Shown: in pieces, positions 7,984-16,836 of the stretch | Layout of the letters: every line of letters starts with the position of its first letter | Numbering within the stretch: position 1 is the first letter of the stretch | Source of the DNA: Neisseriaceae bacterium | GTDB lineage: Bacteria > Pseudomonadota > Gammaproteobacteria > Burkholderiales > Neisseriaceae | NCBI GenBank assembly: GCA_030146285.1 | Contig: JASLBZ010000094.1 | Span: 1-38,107 of the forward strand | DNA: 38,107 bases | Direction of reading: 5' to 3' | Translations under genes and position numbers: made by a program | Notes under the pieces: generated by a model | What the model was told of the DNA's origin: nothing | Database searches by the model: none | The model's input: the letters and a program-made list of their open reading frames with translations, nothing else

Positions 7984-10900
7984 TTAATCAAAGCGAATGG
8001 TATAACGAATCTCACCATTTTGCGACAAGGTACCGACCCGAACAATCGCTTGAATCGAACGGCTTAATTGGTAGATCAATTTGACGGCTGAATCTGAACT
8101 GGTCAAACCATACTCATAACCCACATACAATTCATTGGTTAAATTGCGACCTACGGTAATCATTTGTTCAGCAGGATTCAATTCTCCTGTTTGCATATTG
8201 CGCGTTTGTCGTGAACCCATGCCAATATCGTCAAACAAACCCATCTTGTCATTGACACCACTGGCAAGCCAAGCACCAGCCGCAGCTGCTAAGGCAGCGT
8301 TATCAGATTCACCGCTGGTGGGGCGGCCTAACACCAACCAAGACAATTTGTCTTTGTCACTCATGGGTTCATTGGCCACCAAAATGGTGTCAGGTTTGTT
8401 CAGGCTACCTCGAACTTCAACGCCAGCACCCACAGGGGATTTATTGCGCACAGCACGGAAGTTTAAGCCAGGATTGTCTAAGGGGCCTAAGAAGGAGACG
8501 ATGCCTTTTTCAATCACCAAGTCTTGACCGTAAGCTTTAAAACCACCTTTGACAATATTGATTTGGCCATGTGCAACCAAGTCTTCATGGGGTCTGGCGG
8601 TGAGCAATAATTTGCCGCCCATCACAATGTCTAGGCCTTGCCCTTTAAAACGAAAGGCATCATTAAAGTTAATACCCAAGTTCAAATTCAACAGCATGGG
8701 CATGGAGTCTTCGGGTGCTTTTCGCCCCAGTACAACCACATCATCGCTTAAACTTGGCATGCCGGATTTGGGAAAATCAAATAAGCCATCATCTACTTTA
8801 AAATTGCCATCCAAACTCAATGCTTGTAAATCGGTATAGGTTAATTTGGCCGCGCCTGATAAAACCAAATGGCGGTTAGGTTGGGCAAACAAGCCAAATT
8901 GTTTTAAGGCCAAATCCAAATGTACATTGGGTTTGTCACCCACCAATCCAACATTGCCGTTAAGGTGGGCCGAACCCTCTCCACGTTTGAAGCTTAAATC
9001 GTCTAAGAACCATTTTTGTCCTGTCACACGAGAGCGCAAGACGCCATTGGTCAACAACAAGCCTTGTCCCATTTCTCTAAAGGTAATGTTGTCACCATTT
9101 AAAGGTCCGTTTAATTGAGGATTGCTAAATGAGCCGCTGATGTTGATGTTGGCAGCTAACTTTCCTTTTAATGTCATGCCCACTGGCAAAAAGTAACGCA
9201 AAGCATTTAAGTCGGGGACATCTAAAGCTACTTTGCCGGTTAATGGGGCTTTCATAATGTCATTGCCAAAGTTTTGTGCAATGGCCATTTGAACGTGCCC
9301 CGTGCCGTAATGGGTGGTCATGTCCAATTGGTTATTAATGCGGTTGTTTTGAAAGTTGGTCACTAAGGCCAGCTTGCTCAAACCCAATTTTTGATTGCGG
9401 TAGGGGATGGTAATGTCACCACTTTGGTGGCGTACTTTTAAAAAGCCTGACATATTATTGCCGTAGTTTAAATCCCAATCTGCGCCCAAAACCAAGTTTT
9501 GCTCAATCGGAATGTCCACCAAACTTTGCAATTGTGAGATTGCCAAACCATTGGCATTGCCTTTGGTTTTGATGCCTTCTTTGGCTGACCACAAGAAAGA
9601 CTGCAGATTCAATTGACCGTTCATTAAGCCCCAGTTGGCTTGGCTTAGGCTTACTCGCTCAGCACTTGCTTCTAAGCGCATGCTATTGCGTAGCTTGATA
9701 TTGAACGCACCAGAAACATCCAAGGTGCTCACATTGCCTTTCCAAGCAGCTTTATCATCCAAGCCACCATTGGCAGCAACGTCCATTCTAAAGGGTTTAT
9801 TGTCTAACTTCATTTGGGCGTGGCTGGTGAGAGTGTGTTTGCTACCAGTGCCTTTGGCATTTAAGCTGATGTTATCAATAATAGTATCCCCAGTGCTGCT
9901 TAACAAGGCCAAATTTTGTCCGCTTACGTCAATATTTAAGGGTGCCGTGATGTCAGGCGATGCCAGTAAATTGAATTTCAATTGCTGCAAGCGGACCATT
10001 TTTTGAAACTGGACTTGGTTGGCACTGCCAGATAAGTCAATTTTCAATTTCTCCGGAGCACCTGCTAAAAAGCCTTTGGTTTGTAAAGCACCAGACAAAC
10101 CAAAACCAAAATAACTTAATTGTGGTGCGTTGATGTCAATATTCAACCGGTCTTTGTTCAAACCAAAGCTGCCATTGGTTTTGAAGGTATTGGGACCCAA
10201 AATCACATTAACATCGGCTTTTTCCAAATGCTCATTAGCCAAAACAATATTGCCTTTACCGCGCAAATTAACACCGGATAAACGGCTGTCGGGGATGTCA
10301 AGTAAGGCATTCAATTGAAAACCATCTGCCAATTGACCTTTGGCTTGGATATCACCGTTGATGTTGCCAATCGGAAAGCTTTTGTCCAGATTGCTTGGGT
10401 TGATGTTTTTGCTTTTTAAGGCCAGTTCAAAAGTTTGTTCTTGAAACAGATTTAAAAATCCATCTACATCCAAGCGTCCACCTTGTTGCGTACCCAAATA
10501 GGTTTTGCTAATTTCTAAGGTTTGCTGTGCTTTTTTATTGTCGGTTGCCAAGAGCACTTGGCCTTCTGAAATCAAGGGCGCAGCGTTAAGATGCCAATTG
10601 ACTTGGGGAGATGCAAACGTGCCTGTGACTTTGACATCACCCGCCAATGTGTTTTTGAGGGGGTTGTTAATGATGTCGCCTAAGGTCAATTTGTCAATGG
10701 CAACGTCCAAATTCATGGATTGTTTGGCCGTATCAACTTGACCAAAAGCTTCAATAAAACCATCTTTTAAGGTGCTGATTTCCAAATTGGATATGTTCAG
10801 GACGCCTTCTTGGTTGACCAATAAGTCACCAAAAATGGTTTTCACGGGAATCGCAGACTCATCGACATAGCCAGCTTCAATATTGGCTAAGGTGATGATG

Positions 10901-11871
10901 CCTTGCAATTGATCGCTGTTTTTAACTGGGCCTAACAACAAAGCCAAGGACATTTGGGCTTTGGGTGCGCTGGCAATAAATGCTTGGGGATTGATATTAC
11001 TGCCTGCCAATTTAAGCTCTTGAATTTTGTTGTTTAACAAAGGTTCAAATGGCGACAATTTGGCATCTGTAATAAGTAAGACATCACCACCTTGAATTTG
11101 AGCATTCAAAACGGGGTGCTCTAAGCTACCGCTCAAATCAATGTTGCTGGTGGTTGGAATGCCTTCCAAAACACCATCACTGGCCAATTTACCTAGCAAA
11201 GCAAAAGGCGTGGTATTGTCCAAAGAAACTTGCCCTGTAACCGTACTCCAAGGCGATTGCAATTGCTGAATATTCAGCTGGTGTTTGTTGTTGGTAAAGC
11301 GGTAGGTGAGGGTGCTGCCCATTAAAATAGGCTCTTTGCTGTCTTCTAAAAACAAACCATTTAAAGACAATTGATCCACAACCAAGTCAAACGGCAAACC
11401 AATGTCGTTTGGCAAGCTTGCTGGCGGAGATTTGGGTTTTGGCGGTGTTGGCGAGGTGTTAATGCGAGTATCGCCTAAGGCCAGTTGTTGAACGTGTACA
11501 CGCATGTCCAACAGCTCTTTGGGCTGCCAAGCAAAATTCAGGCTTTGGCTTTGGATGTTTAAGCCTTCCATATTAATTGCCAAAACATCAGCAGAAAAGC
11601 CATCCATGATGGTGCCTTCTAAGCGATCCGCGGTAATGTTGACACCAAAATAAGCCGGTATTTTTAAAATAGCAGTTTGTAAACCAGATTGTGTGCTCAG
11701 TAACCAATACAGAACACCAAACAGTATACTCACCAAAATGATGAAGCCTATGATGATGCGTTTGAGCCAACGAAAGCGTGGTTTGGGTTTTTTCTTTTTA
11801 TCCGGCACATTCGTTGTGGCATCATGCTGTGCTTGCTGATTTTCAGGTGGGGTGATTGTGCTATCGACCAT
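7984..11871 (-). CDS. tamB: Translocation and assembly module inner-membrane subunit TamB
   Basis: 1295 aa. It has a single N-terminal TM anchor (IIIGFIILVSILFGVLYWLL), a long beta-rich repetitive body, and a DUF490-type C-terminus (..LYVGYEYGL...IRYTIRFD). The start ATG directly abuts the tamA stop (TAAATG). Confidence 0.9.
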   Translation of the reverse strand: MVDSTITPPENQQAQHDATTNVPDKKKKPKPRFRWLKRIIIGFIILVSILFGVLYWLLSTQSGLQTAILKIPAYFGVNITADRLEGTIMDGFSADVLAINMEGLNIQSQSLNFAWQPKELLDMRVHVQQLALGDTRINTSPTPPKPKSPPASLPNDIGLPFDLVVDQLSLNGLFLEDSKEPILMGSTLTYRFTNNKHQLNIQQLQSPWSTVTGQVSLDNTTPFALLGKLASDGVLEGIPTTSNIDLSGSLEHPVLNAQIQGGDVLLITDAKLSPFEPLLNNKIQELKLAGSNINPQAFIASAPKAQMSLALLLGPVKNSDQLQGIITLANIEAGYVDESAIPVKTIFGDLLVNQEGVLNISNLEISTLKDGFIEAFGQVDTAKQSMNLDVAIDKLTLGDIINNPLKNTLAGDVKVTGTFASPQVNWHLNAAPLISEGQVLLATDNKKAQQTLEISKTYLGTQQGGRLDVDGFLNLFQEQTFELALKSKNINPSNLDKSFPIGNINGDIQAKGQLADGFQLNALLDIPDSRLSGVNLRGKGNIVLANEHLEKADVNVILGPNTFKTNGSFGLNKDRLNIDINAPQLSYFGFGLSGALQTKGFLAGAPEKLKIDLSGSANQVQFQKMVRLQQLKFNLLASPDITAPLNIDVSGQNLALLSSTGDTIIDNISLNAKGTGSKHTLTSHAQMKLDNKPFRMDVAANGGLDDKAAWKGNVSTLDVSGAFNIKLRNSMRLEASAERVSLSQANWGLMNGQLNLQSFLWSAKEGIKTKGNANGLAISQLQSLVDIPIEQNLVLGADWDLNYGNNMSGFLKVRHQSGDITIPYRNQKLGLSKLALVTNFQNNRINNQLDMTTHYGTGHVQMAIAQNFGNDIMKAPLTGKVALDVPDLNALRYFLPVGMTLKGKLAANINISGSFSNPQLNGPLNGDNITFREMGQGLLLTNGVLRSRVTGQKWFLDDLSFKRGEGSAHLNGNVGLVGDKPNVHLDLALKQFGLFAQPNRHLVLSGAAKLTYTDLQALSLDGNFKVDDGLFDFPKSGMPSLSDDVVVLGRKAPEDSMPMLLNLNLGINFNDAFRFKGQGLDIVMGGKLLLTARPHEDLVAHGQINIVKGGFKAYGQDLVIEKGIVSFLGPLDNPGLNFRAVRNKSPVGAGVEVRGSLNKPDTILVANEPMSDKDKLSWLVLGRPTSGESDNAALAAAAGAWLASGVNDKMGLFDDIGMGSRQTRNMQTGELNPAEQMITVGRNLTNELYVGYEYGLTSSDSAVKLIYQLSRSIQAIVRVGTLSQNGEIRYTIRFD

Positions 11872-13653
11872 TTAAAAACGTGTCCCTAAGTTAATTTGCC
11901 AACCGATTTTTTTGCGTTCATGTGCATAGGCGATATCCAAGGCAATCGGAGCGATGGGACTGAACCAGCGTAGGCCTACACCCGTACTGCTTTTCCAATC
12001 AAACTCTTTAAAGCTGTTCGCAACATTACCTTGATCATGAAAGACGGCAAAAGCATAGTCTTTTTTGAACGGAATTTGATACTCAGCACTGACTACCGCC
12101 ATGGCTTTTCCGCCCAAGACAGAACCATTTTCACCATCAATACCGATAGATTGGTATTCATAACCTCGAACCGTATTACCGCCACCAGTACGGAATAAAA
12201 GTGAAGTGGGTGCATTTAAATCATCCGAGACTTTGACATAACCAATGTCACCACGAACGATCAATGTGCCCAGTGCCTTGATTTCTGGCGTAAAGTAATA
12301 AGCTGCACTGCCTTTAACCCGTTGCATCGATGCAGATGACATTAGGCTGCCCAGTGTGCTGCCAATTTTTCCTTCGAAAAAATAACCATTTTCAGGGCGC
12401 AACTGACTTTGAATATTATTGCGCCGCCAAGAAGCAGTGACCATCAAGGCGTCTGCACGCCCTAAGCTATCGCCGCCTTCAATGTCTGAACGCTCTGTGA
12501 GGTATTCCAAGCCCAGTCGAGATTCAATACCGTTGCGCTCACGCACATACCAGACGCCAGAGTTGATGGCAGAGGTTTTGACTTTTTGATAGGTTGAATT
12601 GTCATAGCCGATGTTGCCAGTAAAGTATTTTCCATCATGGTTGCGCGGCTGACTTAAACCCACATTGAGGCTTTGTTGGTATTTGTTTAGGTCCACTACG
12701 GTAGAGCCGATATAGCCACGATTAAGCACATTGTAATAGTCATAACCCAAATGCAAACCTGGGCCATCATCTGAGTCATAACGCAAACCCAAATCCAGTT
12801 TTTGACGCTTAACTTCAGTCACTTCGACTTTAATGGGAACAAGGTTATCTTTTAAGTTGTCAAAGTCCGCTTGTACCATGGCAGCAGAATAGTGACCATC
12901 TTGCTCTAATGCTTGCTGGTATTGAATCAGCTGATCCAAATCGTAATCTTCACCTTGCTTGAATGAGGCCAAGTTTCGAATAATACTGGGGCGATAACGC
13001 TCATTGCCTTTGACTGATATTTCACCAAAATAAATAGGCTGTAAACTATTCACATCAACAGTAACGGTGGCCAAATTGGTTTCTGGATTGATGGTGGCTT
13101 GGCTTTTTGCAATCTTGGCCAATGGGTATTTTTTGCGCTTAACACCACTTAATACGGCAGCTTTGCTGTACGACCATTTGTCTTGGGTAAAGGGTTCATC
13201 CACAGTCAAAGACCAGCTTTGCATGGCATTGCGATAGTAATCAGGTAATGCCTCATCGCTCAGAACAGGACCATCAATTAAAACGGTCACATCCTCAACC
13301 TTGGTGCGAGGGCCTAGAGCAACGCTTACTTGGTAGCCGCCTTCTGTAGCGCTTACTTTGGTTTTGCTGTTGAAATAGCCCAATGTCTCAACAATGGACT
13401 CCACTTCATTGGGCGTGTCATCAATCAGGAATTTAATTTGTTCTTGGTCTAGACCACTTAAAAAACGTTGTGTTACCAATGAGATATGTTCATTGAGCAA
13501 GTCGGTGGCATCAGCGTTTTCAGTGCTAATACTCACTTCATATGCAGCTTTAGGTGGCGCTTCTGGTACTGATTCTGTTTTTTTTGTGCTGCTGCATCCC
13601 ATTAATAGGACACAGCACCAAGAAGCTGCCAGTAAAATTGGTTTTTTGCTCAT
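11872..13653 (-). CDS. tamA: Translocation and assembly module outer-membrane subunit TamA (Omp85 family)
   Basis: POTRA-like N-terminal region plus an Omp85/bacterial surface antigen beta-barrel ending ..INLGTRF (terminal aromatic residue). I placed the start at ATG 13653 (MSKKPILLAASWCCVLLMGCSS, signal/lipobox-like). The track ORF extends to 13701. Confidence 0.88.
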   Translation of the reverse strand: MSKKPILLAASWCCVLLMGCSSTKKTESVPEAPPKAAYEVSISTENADATDLLNEHISLVTQRFLSGLDQEQIKFLIDDTPNEVESIVETLGYFNSKTKVSATEGGYQVSVALGPRTKVEDVTVLIDGPVLSDEALPDYYRNAMQSWSLTVDEPFTQDKWSYSKAAVLSGVKRKKYPLAKIAKSQATINPETNLATVTVDVNSLQPIYFGEISVKGNERYRPSIIRNLASFKQGEDYDLDQLIQYQQALEQDGHYSAAMVQADFDNLKDNLVPIKVEVTEVKRQKLDLGLRYDSDDGPGLHLGYDYYNVLNRGYIGSTVVDLNKYQQSLNVGLSQPRNHDGKYFTGNIGYDNSTYQKVKTSAINSGVWYVRERNGIESRLGLEYLTERSDIEGGDSLGRADALMVTASWRRNNIQSQLRPENGYFFEGKIGSTLGSLMSSASMQRVKGSAAYYFTPEIKALGTLIVRGDIGYVKVSDDLNAPTSLLFRTGGGNTVRGYEYQSIGIDGENGSVLGGKAMAVVSAEYQIPFKKDYAFAVFHDQGNVANSFKEFDWKSSTGVGLRWFSPIAPIALDIAYAHERKKIGWQINLGTRF

Positions 13654-13941
13654 AGTCTTGCCAATGGTTGGGGATGATATTCCAAAGGGGATTAAATTCA
13701 TCGCTTTGTTGCTGAACCCTGTTAAAATTGCGGGATTTTGGGTTAAATGGTTTTAATTTTACCATTAAACCGTGACAAAAGAGATGACAATTAATTATAA
13801 ATCTTTTTTTGTTTTGGTTAAGATAATTGTTTCTTTAATGAAAAGTCGGTATTTTTAGGGTTGGATTAAAAGAATAAAGCATTTAATTAAATGCATGTGT
13901 GAGCAAATCAATGTTGGCGCATGAAATAGATGGGTTGAGGA

Positions 13942-15159
13942 ATGAAAAATTTATTACTGGTATTAAACCGAATGAGTCTGGTTAAACAGATTGTTATCGG
14001 CTTGGTTTTGGGTATTATCGTTGGTTTTTGGCTGCCTGAAGCAGGTAAAGCTTCCACCATTTTGGGTGGCTTATTTGTTGGTTTCTTAAAAGGGATTGCA
14101 CCTATCTTGGTGTTTTTCTTGGTGGTTGCTGCCATTGCTGGACACAAAAAAGGCGAAGAAAAAACAGCAATTAAGCCCATTTTGGTATTGTATGTTTTGG
14201 GCACGTTCTTAGCCGCATTGATTGCTGTGATTGCCAGCTTTATGTTCCCTGTTTTTGTGCCATTAAAAGCGGGTGTGGCGGATGTAGTACCACCTAAAGA
14301 TGTGGTTGAAGTGTTGTTGACGGTGGTGATGAACATGGCGGACAATCCGATTAATGCATTTACCCGTGGTAATTATATTGGTATTTTAACGTGGGCAATT
14401 TTGTTTGGTTTTGCCATGCGCCAAGCCAAAGATGCGACCAAGGTCATGATTGCTGATTTGGCCGATTCTGTTTCTCAAGTGGTGCGTTGGGTGATTCGCC
14501 TAGCACCTTTTGGTGTTTTTGGCTTGGTGGCCTCTGCTGTTGCCGAGACCGGTTTTGATGCAATGGCACAATTTGCAAAATTATTGGTGGTTTTGATTGG
14601 TTGTATGTTAATTGTTGCTTTGGTTGTGAATCCAATTTTGGTATTCTGGCAAACGAAGAAGAACCCATATCCACTGGTTTTCACTTGCTTGCGTGAAAGT
14701 GGACTGACCGCGTTCTTTACCCGTTCTTCTGCTGCCAATATTCCGGTGAATTTGGCATTGTGCAAAAAACTGGGCGTGCGCGAAGAAACATATTCGGTTT
14801 CGATTCCTTTGGGGGCAACCATTAATATGGCCGGTGCTGCCATTACCATTACGGTTTTGACATTGGCTGCTGTGCATACGTTGGGCTTGCAGATTGACTT
14901 TATGACCGCTATTTTGTTGAGTATTTTGGCAACAGTCAGTGCTTGTGGTGCTTCTGGTGTGGCTGGTGGATCATTGTTATTGATTCCATTGGCGTGTAGT
15001 TTGTTTGGTATCAGTGATGATATTGCCATGCAGGTTGTGGGTGTGGGTTTTATCATTGGTGTGTTACAAGATTCTTCTGAAACAGCGTTGAACTCTTCAA
15101 CAGATGTGCTGTTTACTGCCGCAGCTGATTTAGGGATGCAAGGCAAACAACAAGGTTGA
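13942..15159 (+). CDS. sstT: Na+/serine-threonine symporter SstT
   Basis: 405 aa. Near-colinear similarity to E. coli SstT from memory ([81 protein letters not shown]). Confidence 0.95.
   Translation: MKNLLLVLNRMSLVKQIVIGLVLGIIVGFWLPEAGKASTILGGLFVGFLKGIAPILVFFLVVAAIAGHKKGEEKTAIKPILVLYVLGTFLAALIAVIASFMFPVFVPLKAGVADVVPPKDVVEVLLTVVMNMADNPINAFTRGNYIGILTWAILFGFAMRQAKDATKVMIADLADSVSQVVRWVIRLAPFGVFGLVASAVAETGFDAMAQFAKLLVVLIGCMLIVALVVNPILVFWQTKKNPYPLVFTCLRESGLTAFFTRSSAANIPVNLALCKKLGVREETYSVSIPLGATINMAGAAITITVLTLAAVHTLGLQIDFMTAILLSILATVSACGASGVAGGSLLLIPLACSLFGISDDIAMQVVGVGFIIGVLQDSSETALNSSTDVLFTAAADLGMQGKQQG
14029..14040 (+). repeat. DUS variant (TGGCTGCCTGAA) inside sstT
   Basis: tggctgcctgaa read directly from the sequence. 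Confidence 0.5.
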
Positions 15160-15161
15160 TT

Positions 15162-15716
15162 ATGCAAAAAGCAGTATGTGTATTACTGGGCAGCTTGATG
15201 CTGCCTGGTTTTTTAATGGCCAATACATTTGAGTGTGCGGTTGAGTCAGGGGATACGTTTTACAGTGCTCGCAAGTTAGATGGTTGCGAAGTGGTTCAAA
15301 ATGCGAATGCCAAGACTTTGCAAAGTCATGATGTTGTGGGGGCTATTTGGCATGTCCCATCACAAAAAATTGACACCGATGTGGTGATTCGCAAGCCAGA
15401 GCCTGTGGTGAAAGTTGTGCCGATGAAAATTCATTTGCGCAATCAGCCACCACCGGTTGCAAGCCGTACTTCAAGCATACCGAAGTACAAAGAAGCGCCG
15501 CCGCCTCCACCGCCTATTAGCAGTTTGGCTCGGCAAAAACAGGTCTTGCAAGCTGAGATGAGCCGTGAAAAATCGGCATTGAGAAAAGACGAGGCAACCT
15601 TAAGTGCGGCGAAGGCTGCAAATAAGAAAACCACGATTCCAAGATTGGAACGCAATGTTGCGGATCGACGAGCCAATATCAGGGCTTTGGAAGTTGAATA
15701 CCAAAAATTAAGATAA
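15162..15716 (+). CDS. Secreted DUF4124-like protein with a Pro-rich linker and a C-terminal coiled coil
   Basis: Signal peptide MQKAVCVLLGSLMLPGFLMA. A short Cys-flanked N-terminal module (FECAVESGDTFYSARKLDGC) resembles DUF4124. It is followed by PPPVA...APPPPPP and a K/R/A/E-rich helical tail. The TTG at 15156 overlaps the sstT stop; ATG 15162 is the likelier start. Confidence 0.55.
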   Translation: MQKAVCVLLGSLMLPGFLMANTFECAVESGDTFYSARKLDGCEVVQNANAKTLQSHDVVGAIWHVPSQKIDTDVVIRKPEPVVKVVPMKIHLRNQPPPVASRTSSIPKYKEAPPPPPPISSLARQKQVLQAEMSREKSALRKDEATLSAAKAANKKTTIPRLERNVADRRANIRALEVEYQKLR

Positions 15717-15745
15717 AAAAATCCTGCCTAAGTGCAGGATTTTTC
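15716..15745. terminator. Bidirectional terminator between the DUF4124-like gene and amgK
   Basis: aaaatcctgc-ctaagt-gcaggatttt with A/T runs on both sides, lying between convergent stop codons (15716 and 15777). Confidence 0.8.
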
Positions 15746-15776
15746 TATCGCAATCACAATCAAGTGAGGGCAAAAG

Positions 15777-16781
15777 TTAGAAAGTGTAACCAGTTTCTAA
15801 ATCTTCATCACCGACAAGCTCAACCAGCAATGCATACAGTGGTGCTAACTCAACATAGCGGCGAGATGCTTTGCGCAAATAATTCAAGAAGCGTGGGATT
15901 TCACTGCGGTATTTGTCTTTGCCATCGCGGTAGTAAAGTCGCGCAAAAATACCTGCAACTTTAAGGTGGCGTTGTACACCCATCCATTCAAAGTCTCGAT
16001 AAAAATCATCGAATTGCTCAGGCACAGGCAAATTGGCAGCACGGGCTTTTTGCCAGTAGCGAATGGCTAAGTCCAAGACAAATTCCTCATCCCATTCAAT
16101 AAATGCATCACGCAATAGCGATACCAAATCGTAGCTAATAGGACCATATAAGGCATCCTGAAAGTCTAAAACACCTGGTTTTTCTTTGGTTAGCATTAAA
16201 TTGCGCACAATAAAATCACGGTGCACAAAAACTTGGTTTTGGCGTTTGATGGCAGGAATCAGAGCGTCCACTGTGGCTTGCCAGTATTTTTGTTGTTGTT
16301 CAGTGAGGGTTTGGCCCAGCTCTTTGGCAACAAACCAATCTGGGAACAATTGCAGCTCACGTTTTAAAGTGTCTTCATCGTATTCTGGTAACACATTGGG
16401 CACTGAGGATTTTTGTAGCTCAATTAATGTATCAATGGCTTCAAGCAACAACATTTGATGGACTTCTTCGCGCTTGTCATGCTCTAAAGCTGCCAAAAAT
16501 GGAATTTGTCCCAAATCTTCCAGTGCCATAAAGCCATTTTCTACATCATAAGCATAAATTTGTGGTACTTTAACAGCTTGGAAAATACCGTGAACGCTGA
16601 TGTAAGGTTCAATAGACATGTTAGCAGGTGGTGCGTCCATCGCAATGACTGTTGAGCCATCTTCAAAATGGGCGCGGAAATAGCGACGAAAATCGGCATC
16701 TGCTGCGGCAAATACCAAGTTAAAAGGCTGGTCAGGGTATTGGCGTGTTAGCCAAATATTTAATTCATTTTGTCGTTGCAT
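15777..16781 (-). CDS. amgK: Aminoglycoside-phosphotransferase-fold kinase, probable N-acetylmuramate/N-acetylglucosamine kinase AmgK
   Basis: 334 aa. APH-family catalytic motif VHRDFIVRNLM and DFQDA. It sits divergent from lptD, as amgK does in Pseudomonas and other proteobacteria. Confidence 0.7.
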   Translation of the reverse strand: MQRQNELNIWLTRQYPDQPFNLVFAAADADFRRYFRAHFEDGSTVIAMDAPPANMSIEPYISVHGIFQAVKVPQIYAYDVENGFMALEDLGQIPFLAALEHDKREEVHQMLLLEAIDTLIELQKSSVPNVLPEYDEDTLKRELQLFPDWFVAKELGQTLTEQQQKYWQATVDALIPAIKRQNQVFVHRDFIVRNLMLTKEKPGVLDFQDALYGPISYDLVSLLRDAFIEWDEEFVLDLAIRYWQKARAANLPVPEQFDDFYRDFEWMGVQRHLKVAGIFARLYYRDGKDKYRSEIPRFLNYLRKASRRYVELAPLYALLVELVGDEDLETGYTF

Positions 16782-16836
16782 GGTCTTTTTTCAAGTAAAA
16801 TAAGCGTTATTTTTTAATCGCCAAAGTCACGAAAAG

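Noticed and set aside
8135-11770. Numerous 60-130 aa ORFs on both strands within tamB.
   Set aside because: All overlap the 1295-aa TamB frame, which is continuous and has the expected domain layout. The overlapping ORFs show no independent evidence.
13908-15167. Minus-strand ORFs of 145 aa (13908..14345), 230 aa (14475..15167) and 76-89 aa antisense to sstT.
   Set aside because: Same reasoning as above. sstT on the plus strand matches E. coli SstT almost colinearly, and the antisense products have no family features or start-site signals.
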